64,000 nt of DNA from Nageia nagi (Eukaryota; Plantae; Pinophyta), in NCBI GenBank assembly GCA_050084985.1, contig JBITNC010000001.1, forward strand, positions 189,968,001-190,032,000, written 5' to 3'. Numbering within the stretch: the first letter of the stretch is position 1; each line of letters opens with the position of its first letter. Below are positions 13,222-22,800 of the stretch, in pieces. The notes beneath the pieces were generated by a model. It saw nothing but the letters and a program-made list of their open reading frames with translations. It had not been told where the DNA came from and did not search any database. The position numbers were made by a program, and so were the translations under genes.

Positions 13222-14325
13222 GGAGAAAGACAAGATTTTTTCTTTTGAAATGGGGCTCCCAACTCTCTCCTGAGCTAGGAGCATGCTACAAAAAAACAAG
13301 ATTTTGTCTTTTGAAACAGTGCTCCCAAGTCTCTCTTGAGCTAGATGTGACCTGAACTTGCTCGTTTTTGCTCATCCTGGCGTCCCAGCTTGCCGATTTG
13401 GCACAACGGACTGACCCAAAGGCCCCTCCAAACCTAGCGCATGATTTCAAAAGACAAGATTTTGTCTTTTTGAAACTCCCTCCAACTTCTCCGACTCTTC
13501 TAGTCTGGGTGCATGGTTTCAAAAGACAAGATTTTGTCTTTCTGAAACTCCCTCCAACTTCTCCGACTCTTCCAGTCTGGGTGCATGGTTTCAAAAGACA
13601 AGATTTTGTCTTTTTGAAGCTCCCTCCAACTTCTGCAGCTCTTCAATCTGGGCGCATGGTCCAGAAAGTCAGGATTTTGTCTTCCTAAGGCATGCACTAG
13701 GTTGCAAGCGGCTAGATTTGCTTCGTTTTGGGTCTTCTACTTCCAAGACTTGGCCAAATTTCCAAGTTCACTCCATCCTAGTGTCTTCCTAGGCTTAGCA
13801 CATGCTCCCAAAAGTCATGAATGTCTTTTTAAGGCATGCGCCAGCCCCTCTAGTCATGCTAGGGTAGGATCTAGGCTCCGAGGCTCCATGCCTTAGCCAA
13901 ATTTTTCCACTTTGTCTTTTCTGGAAGCCTTCTTGAGCTAGGCGCATGCTCCCAAAAGACAAGATTTTGTCGTTTTGAGGCATGCCTCAACCCCCTGGGT
14001 GAGTCCACTTCATCGTTCCAAGTCTCAAGTCCATCCTGGCAACCTCCTGACTTGGGCACATGCTCCCAAAAGACCAGATTTTGTCTTTTTAAGGCATGCT
14101 CCAACCTTGAAATGCACTAAGTTACTGTTTTTGGGCCTTCATTCCATCCTGGATGCCTCCCTAAGCCTGGCGCATGCTCCAGAAAGACAAGATTTGGCTT
14201 TTCATGGCATGTGCCAGGTCCAGAAGTGACCCAGTTCCACTTTTCGCACTTGGACTTTATATTGGGCGACCTCCTGGCTCGAGCGCACGTCCGAGAAAGA
14301 CAAGATTTTGTCTTCCTGGAGCATG
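13222..14325. repeat. Array of ~11-12 palindromes AAAAGACAAGATTTTGTCTTTT, incl. ~3 tandem 72-bp units (13437-13655)
   Basis: Copies at ~13224, 13288, 13448, 13520, 13592, 13662, 13809, 13953, 14066, 14180, 14293; often extended by GCATGCTCC..GAGGCATGC arms. Confidence 0.9.
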
Positions 14326-17300
14326 CACCAGGACTAGGAGTGACCCGGACTCATTTTGCTTGGCTCCGACTCAGCATCAACTTTCCAGTTTCACCTAAAC
14401 TCGACTTAAATTCCCAAACTTAGCCATTTTTCGAGGTTTTTAACTCTTGAACACGACATGACTAGGACTAGGTTGTTTGGGCACATTTGGGTGATGGACT
14501 AATAGGCATGATATTGAGTTCATCCGGGAACATGGAGAAGCTGCATTGACTAGGTGCCAGGCGCATGCAAGTTGCAGAGGGTCCCCAAAATTGCGAAATT
14601 TTGGGGTAGGTTGTGTAAGGCACAACACTACCTAGTTTTCCTTCTCCTCCATGGCAAAAATAGGAAGTCAACCCATGCAGACATTGAGATCTTGAATAAT
14701 CCAAAGAATCATGTATGGAGAGCTTACCCCAAGTGGTGGCTAGAGTCAAGATGGGACTACTATGCCATGAGGAACGATGGATGGGAGTTCCAAATTTATA
14801 AAGAAATCAAGGGGAGGAAAATGGTGAAAAGGATCTCCGATTCAATGGTTGAGGCCATCTGGGGGCATGCTGACTACTTTCTAAAAGACCCCGCACATAC
14901 TTACATCCGAGTCTATTGCTCTGAAGTTAGGCCTCACCTCTTGCGCCGGTATGCCAGCAATCGCTTCATTTTCATGGAATTTTGCAGACAATTGTTGTTT
15001 TAGTATGAAAATGTATGGAAGAAGAAAAATGCTACAACTAATATCCCTATTTCAATTGGGGATTACACTTGCTCAACCTGGTAGGAGGCTAAGGAGATAG
15101 GCAAAGAATTATCTTACTACTACTTCAGTGAAGAGAAGGCAACCTCCCACTATTACCCTGAAGGGAGAATCCAGTGCTTTTACAAACGAGCGTTTAGGAA
15201 TCCTGTGATCTATGAGCATTGACCTCTTGGGAACAAGGAAAATACAAAAACAAGAGGGAAGATAAGCTAATCCAGGAAGTTCATCAAATCCTAATAACTG
15301 AAGGAGGAATTGATAGGAGAATCCAGAACCTGAATGATCCTTGGATCATCTCTACCAACATATCGACCTCCTCTTCAAGAGTGAGAAGACACCAGGGAAG
15401 GACAGGAGAGCACACCACTCTGGGTGGGGCCAAGCATGGAATCCACACCGTAGTTAGGGAGATTGCCAAAGACATTGCCATCATGAAGGAAACAGGGTAT
15501 CCAAAGTTCCCTCTCCAACAACTTGAAGATGCTATCATAAAGGATGTTCTTATGGTGCCTATCATGCCTGTTCGGGCTGAGAAGCCTCTAGTCCTCCCTG
15601 ATCTATTGACACCCACAGAGGAACACACACCAAACATGTTTCCAGAGCCTCTTGAGGCCGAAATTCAAGAAAATGCTCCTACCACAAACCAACTTGAGGA
15701 TCCTGACTCCTCAAGCTTGTCTTCTGATTCTGAAACATCCTCTGAATCATCTGGTTCACATGAATCAAGTTTGGGAGAAGAAGAGACTAAAAAAGAGACC
15801 GAAGAAGAGCATGAAGATGGTGAAGATTATCAGACTAACTCACATGACACTCAAATCATAGATATCTAAGGAGATTCTTATACAGAAGGAGTTGATGAGA
15901 TCTTGCCTTCTACATCCACAGCAATGAAGCAAGTTGCTTCTTCCGAATCTGCCACTCCACAAAGGAAAAGAAGATCATCCCCCAAGAAAGGAGCTTCTCA
16001 AACGGCTCTTAGAAAACCTTCAAAGCTAAGTAGAACTTCTGCAGCTGGAGATGGAAGAGATGAGGAAGATAAAGGAGAAAGTGAAGAATAGAAAAAAAAA
16101 AAAAAAAAGAGAAAGCAACAGGAACATGGCAGCCACAAGTCATCAAAGAGTAAGAAGAAACCAACTCAAGCAAAGAGCCAACAGTTAAGAATTGAAGAAA
16201 TTACCCGAGAATCTGTCCCAACCAACATGGACACCACTTTGGCCAACATTGCAGTCAATTCATCACAGCAAAAGGAGTACGACTTCCACATTGATGCAAT
16301 AATCAAAGATCTCCAAATGAGCTATAGGAGTGACGATAAAGAGTCCATCCAAAGGAAGAAAGCTATGTCAAAGGATTCACCGATCAAAGAGATTAGAAAC
16401 TTTCATGTCTATGAAAAATGATAAGGTGATCATCAACAGATGTTATTATAAGAAAAAGCATCCGCAAGATTTACAAGACGTGCTGGTCCACACCGAAGAA
16501 TTTAAAGTGAAGAAGATCGGGTGAGCTGGAGGAAAACATGCCATTAATTACAATGTGGATGAGATGGTCAGACAAGGAATTGAGAGGGAAAATACAATCA
16601 AAGAATTCAAGAAGGATTTGGCTTAGAAGAATAAGCTGGTGAAAGAGATAGAGGCTGCCAAAATGACTGTTGAGGATATCAAAATCCAAACCTCACTAAA
16701 CATTGGTATTGCTTCCATCAAGGAAACTCTAGTCAATGCAGTGATGAAAGTAGTCGATAAGCTTTCACTCCCGTTAGTTTCCCTTACAGACGAACAAAAG
16801 ATCGAGGAAAACACAATGGCTGCTATTTCATAGTTACTTCAAGATTTTCAAAATCATGAGCAAGCCATTCAGAATATCAAAGAAGGACAAGCTAGCCAAG
16901 TATAATATTGCCAAGAATTTGCCTATCATTTGCATTGGCTGAGATTCACTGCGGGAGATTGTGCCAATCTTGCACAGACAAAGGCCGAGTTAACATCTGC
17001 CTTAGCTTTTCAAATGAACCAGTTTGTGCAACTTGTCAGTTTTATGAATGAAGATGGGAGCGCCAAGCGAGTTGAGCTCGTTATGCCAGAAGTTCAAAAC
17101 ATTATCAAAGAGCTCATCTTCACAAAGGATGTGAATTTACTAAGGGCTAGGACCCACATTGAGAATCAACAGAACTTCGCCTCTTAGTTCATCCTCGACT
17201 TCCACAATAGAAAGGATGAAGAATTACCAGGTGAACTTACTGTAGGACTTGCCAAAGGAAAGGCATTCTTCGATGATCAGTCTCACAGGATTCCTGAGAA

Positions 17301-19781
17301 TGTCTTTGCAGATGCTCACTCTACTGGTCCCACAGAAGGATGATTAGATAAATGCATATTTTATTTTCCTGCTTAAACTTTTATATATTTTAAATTTCGC
17401 ACAGTGATGGATGAGTTTTTGCTCCCACAATTGCGAAAAGACTTTTGATTTGACATTCAGGTAGAATCTGATCTGATCGGGTGTGATCAGATGCAGATTT
17501 CGTTGATGTGACATTTGGCGGTGTTGTTTGACCGCAATTTTGTTTTCTGATAGTAGTTTACACATTTTACGATATAGTATTAGTGTTGCATGGTTGTTTT
17601 AGGGCAACATCTCATTTAATGAAGTTGTTAGTAGCATGCTATAAGTACCCTTCACCAAGTCATTTTTTAAGGGGGAGATGGTTATACAGTTAGAGATATG
17701 CATATAGTTAAATGTATAGAGATTGTGTAATTGCTTTTGTGAGCTGAATGTCAATTTTCTGAGGAGCATATTTTGAAGCGCAACTTTTGCAGTTGAAGTT
17801 TCCATTGCATGTATGTATGATCCATCTTTTTGGAAAACTTTGTTACCAATGAAAGTCTGATTGTTTATTTTATGGGATTGTAGTTATGTTAATGGTATGA
17901 CATGCATGTTGTTGCATCGTTTATACATTTATGAGCATTTCCTTTGAAAGTTCGGCACTTTAGGGAAAGATTGTTGAATATCTTTCTTAAATGGATGAAT
18001 GATCATTCCTGCAATCTGCATACAGTTGTATTATTTTGGAATTACTCTGCTTTTATGATATTTGATTGGCTTTATCTGCCGGAAATGGGAAACTAATCCA
18101 TACACCCCTTCACATTCACCTTCCCATACCGATTATTGCCTTGTGCTCTTGCTTGGGAAAGATCCGGACCCAGTCGCTTCCTCCCTTGCTTGATGATCCT
18201 GGTACAAATTTCCTAATAAATCCGAAAGCAAAGCCCCAAACCCTATGCAACGGTAAACAATCATTACTTATTTCACCATCAACTACTGAGTTCACTTTGT
18301 TCTTGCATGTCTCTACACCTTGGATACCATTGTCTTTTGCTTTGAGTACTGTCACGAGAATTGCAGAAGACTATGAAGGAATCCCAATAGGTCCATAATT
18401 ACTTTGTGAGTTAACCACCCTGAGCACATTCTTACTTGAGCCACTTCCTCAACAAAAGAACACCTTTGATAGGTAGGGAAAATCCATTTAAGGTCACAGG
18501 GGCCCTGTAGAGTTCCGAAGACGTATAAACCTTGAGGTTAAAGTCCTTTCAAGTGGAGGTAAGTAACGCTACCTCACTCTTCCTGGTGTTGTTTCCCACA
18601 GGGGGGAAACAAACTTACTTCAACACCTTGGTTTGACAAGAGAGTGATTTTGCACAAAGGTTGTTTGAAATTCTCATAACCCCTTAGCATGATTCTTGCC
18701 AAGTTTTCAATAATTCCTGCACCACTTAGCCCAAAGAATCAGCACCATTCTCTATTCTAGGGAGTCCCACTCCTTTCCCCTAGACAATTCCCTAGATATT
18801 CCCAGTCCCTTCAGGTCCTTGTCCACCATGTGGCTTCTTTGCAACCTTACTGTTTAAACCACGTTCAAGAAATTTTGAAATCCTATTTGCCATTTTCTCT
18901 AGAGTCACCTCATCCATTTCTTCATATCTGATATATTATATTTCGTAATACCTACCATTATATTATGTATATTAGAATAATTTACTACATACACATTATG
19001 ATATAAAGGTAATAGGTAAAGGTATTTTTTTTTACATCACAGCACAGCTAGCATGCCTCCTAGCATATGAGACCACCTTATCAGAGAGAAGGAACTCTTC
19101 ATCATGCCTTAATAGTGATTAGTTCAAATTTATAAATTTGTGGATTTCAACCTTTTGACCAGCTACATAATACTATAAATGTGTTATATTATATGAATAT
19201 GTCTCGGGCATAATCATGGCCCTATAAAGTCTATAAATATCACTCTATAAACAGAATGACCTACTAGGATTTATTCATATTTGAATCCTTTCCAACACAA
19301 TAAAAGGGTTGCTAAAAAGGAGGCAAAGAAGCTTTCATATTTGTATCTGAATCTTTCAATATGAAGTAGTCCTTCATTAGGGCTCAACACTTGAGGATAG
19401 CATAAGAAGAAAATATGAATAGATTTAATTCAATTCATATGGTTTTGGTTTGGGAAAACGAGGGTGGATATAAGGCCCTCTTATATTGTCAAAATATTAC
19501 ATTTTCAAGAGTTAGGGAAACTTGATCTAAATAAAGATTATACAGTCAAAGGCCTACACAATAATCTTTGCATCAATACATCTAGTTTCAACAATACAAA
19601 GTTCACTTTTTGCTTTGAACATAAGCTGATCTTGGTACAAATTCACAAACAAAGAAAAACATACATGCAACATTGGGCAGATAAATAACAGCATTGGATT
19701 CTTACATTAAGAAAATATAAAAAGAATTTTAACTAAAAAAATAAAAATAAAAAACGTGATATTGATCTGCAGAAGAGAAAC

Positions 19782-19877
19782 CTTTTCGAATGGCTGCCCA
19801 GTCTTCACTGCCAACACCTGGAATAAACGGTCTCTAATTCTAAAAAGTTCATTTGCTTCATTTTGTATATCATCCGC
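19782..19877 (-). CDS. CLPR2: ClpR2 exon 8
   Basis: Encodes [32 protein letters not shown]; CAG acceptor, AAG|GTTTCT donor. Confidence 0.93.
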
Positions 19878-22800
19878 CTGTAAAAGGATACTTCAGACCT
19901 ATGTTTATTTTGAAAGATGCCTTCCTGTAACTGTGAAATTGTATACCATAGGATATCACAAAAACAAATTTCTGCCAATTAAATATCTAAAATTTACCCG
20001 ACCCCGTGCTGCTCCAGCTATAGGATACAATCCAATTCTTGAGAGGGGAAATGCCCAACGTTGTCCCTTCATTTCACAAATGTCAAAACATGATGATGCA
20101 AAATCTCTGAAGTTCTATTATCGGAAGCTAATGACTTTCTTGATACTGAACAATTGCATATTAGGTTGTCATTTCCAATTATTAACATTACCTTTGCTCC
20201 AGCGGCTAAAAGGAATCCTGATAGATTGTATGCCATGCCTATGCACATTGTTCCAATTGGAGATCGTAAGCTTTCCATGGTATCAAAAATTGACATGCAT
20301 GGTGTCATCTGAAAACATTAGTTGTGTGTTAAACTCAAGGATGCATTAAAGTTAGATCTTAGCTTCTCAAAGTTTCCTTCATAACTTCAGACAATATGAA
20401 TAATTAGTCCCAGAGAATCCCTGAAGGAACCTGCAATAAATCATATCAACTAACAACTATAACTGGAAGAGATGAGCATAAAGATCAATAATATATTGCA
20501 CTAGAGAATCTCATACTCACATCGCCACCTTCCCCATTGATATACAGACAAAGACCCTGTGAATAATCAATACTATCAAGGTAAAGCATTGTTGCCAATA
20601 TCTGGTTGCTGAGAGCCTCATCTATCCATTCGCATAAAAAGATAATGCGCTCCCTGTACTGCAAAATAATACAAGTGAACTCTCAAATATTTGAGCAAGC
20701 CTAAATGGGATTATAAAAAATGGTTTAACAAACATATTTTCTTAATCATGTTATCAAAGGCATGGCTTACAAGTGCATTCCAAATATCAACATACTGCCA
20801 GCCTCCTTCCCCAGGAGTTTGAACACGCACTTTAGGAACTCCAATAGGCATCATTGTAAAGCGGGCCCGGCAGGTAATCTTTTGGCCAAGCCTGACGTAC
20901 AAAGAAAGAGCAAGTTACATGAAATCAAGAAACAAAAAGTAGAATTTACATAAAGCAGGGCAGTTTTCAATCTTGATTCTCCTATTGCACACTTTACAAG
21001 CCAAGAACATGATATAAACTATTTTAATTTGCTTCAGACGAAATAACAATAACTAACAGCAGCAAAATAAAAATGTGAACATTAACTACATAATGGAAAG
21101 AAACTAAGAGATGCAAGAAAAATATAATTAAAATATGCAAAACAAACAGCTTATATGGAAAGAAGTCAAGAACCATGCTATCTAGTTTTTGCAGTCAAAT
21201 TTCTGAGGTGTGGCTTAAAGCTTGTTAGTACAAACTTCAATAGTATAATATATTTATCATGCAAATTATACTCTTGTTGACAACATATTATTAATGGACT
21301 CGACATTTGTCAAATAAATTCTTGCAATTTTTTTATTGATTCAACTCATCAAAAGAAAGACTCAAACAAATAATAAAGCCAGATAGCAATAGACATACAG
21401 ATGCTTTTCACTTAAGAAAAGATATTGGATGAGATTCATAAGCATACATCCAACAACCAGATATAAAGGTTGTCACATTGGACCCACAATACGAAAGGAA
21501 TACCTCCCCACTGCTAATGCCATGTTGTGCTTGTTTCTTTATTGATTGGTACTTTTGGCCTGCGCATCATCAGTAGGCCACCATTGGTGAGAAAAATAAA
21601 CTAAATGAGACACGTATAGAGTTTATAAACTTTCTATGTCTGTCCACAACTGAAAAAACAGTTCTGTTATCAGCTCACATAGGCTTGCAGCTTGCATACA
21701 AATTAAATCTGTCAGGCACTCGTAGCTGCACACAGCATTTTACAGAGGCGAAATGAAGAACCTACATTGATGAAAAATAGGAAAGTAGTATACCGTTGGA
21801 AAGAGCTTGAAGAGATCTTTCTACGGTGTAGAGAACAACAAAGTTGTAGCTACAGAATGGAAGTTACAGCCTCTCAAAGTAGCCAATTTCACCTTTCTGG
21901 AAAAACTGGATTGCACACAGCAGCTTGGAAAATCACTTTTCTCTACTCCATTTGTGGCCATTTGTCAACATGGATTTGTTGATATGCAAATAAATTGCAA
22001 AAGGATGAAATGCCCTTCAGACAGTATTCTTCAGCATACCCACATGCTCAGGTCGACACGACATCATCTTGAGTATCAGACAGTTACTAGCCAGTAACAG
22101 CTCAAACGACAGTTGTACATTACTGGCTTTTTTTCCTCTACGGGTGATCCTACAGCCCTGGATGCTAGGAGAGACTCATGAGTCTCACTTGGCCCTTCTA
22201 GTCCGGGACACACTTTGCTTGGAGTGAACAGATCTACAGCCGACGTTGATGTGATTTGAGGGTGTTGATACCGTTTCACTCAATGTAGTGCAGTGTAGCT
22301 TTATAGCTTTTTTTTGCTTTTTGCTTTGTAGGTTTCTGGGGTTTCCTACCCTAGCACTTTCTACATTTAGCTGGATTGTACTTTTTGAATCCGATTGACC
22401 TATTTTTTATCACCCATGGACATTAATAATATTTCTATTTCCTGGATTAACTTTTCACTGTCTATTGTGCAGCTCATACTACATGCTGAGACAAACAGAG
22501 ATGGAATTTAACAGACAGAACAAAAACTACAGTGTAGATATCAAATGAAAAGGATCAATCATTGAATCATATAAGCATGTTGAGAGATATAACTAAGTAC
22601 TGAGATATGACAATCATGAGTGGATGAACCCAAAGTGTCAATGTAGTAAATCACTAGAATGATTACAGTAACCAAGTATCTTGTTCTGTCACTCAACTGA
22701 ACTTTGCTTTGTACTTCACAAAAATGACTTTTAATAGCCAAAACACATCGAACATGTTCACTATCTATTTTGCAGCTTGTAGTTTATCTTAAAAGTTAAA

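Larger units (their letters stand above)
11269..14627 (-). mobile_element. Nested 3.36-kb solo-LTR-like unit carrying an ORF
   Basis: TGTTG...CAACA termini; perfect TSD CTACC (11264-11268 / 14628-14632). On the minus strand both ends resemble those of the host unit (GGGGACCCTC hairpin; GGAGG(T)AAGTAACG). Confidence 0.9.
10512..17343 (+). pseudogene. Degraded ~1150-codon ORF of unknown function inside the solo-LTR-like unit, interrupted by insert 11269-14627
   Basis: ATG at 10512 follows a CTAAT..TTGCAG acceptor. ORF pieces 10743 and 11040 share its frame. Removing the insert and one TSD restores in-frame ..RKFYMNSY|LVFLLLHGK... It continues through ORFs 14554, 15219, 15903, 16227, 16639 and 16930 to TGA 17341-17343, with premature stops and frameshifts. 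Confidence 0.8.
8617..18625 (+). mobile_element. Giant solo-LTR-like unit (~6.6 kb without nested insert) carrying a large non-gag/pol ORF
   Basis: Starts TGTTGACGCC, ends CTTCAACA; perfect 5-bp TSD CCTTG (8612-8616 / 18626-18630). Neither terminus is repeated internally; no gag/RT/INT motifs seen. Confidence 0.85.
6953..18925 (-). mobile_element. 5'-truncated LINE (~0.67 kb original) split by nested LTR inserts
   Basis: Poly(T) on + at ~6952-6959; TSD ATCTGATATA(A/T)TAT at 6939-6952 and 18926-18939. LINE pieces are 6953-7287, 8578-8616 and 18631-18925. The 3' end resembles the LINE tail at 28570-28613. Confidence 0.7.

Noticed and set aside
13222-14325. CRISPR-like repeat-spacer appearance of the palindrome array
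   Set aside because: Eukaryotic retroelement context, no cas genes, irregular spacer lengths, and some spacers are duplicates of each other
13286-14423. Many overlapping 60-110-aa ORFs with repeated KRQDFVFL
   Set aside because: Translation artefacts of the palindromic tandem array
19756-20349. 197-aa plus-strand ORF
   Set aside because: Antisense shadow over ClpR2 exons 6-8 with no recognisable motifs
21504-21559. Possible cryptic/poison exon [14 protein letters not shown] in ClpR2 intron 3
   Set aside because: Acceptor lacks a pyrimidine tract; the resemblance to PKVxxxxxxxxW is probably chance
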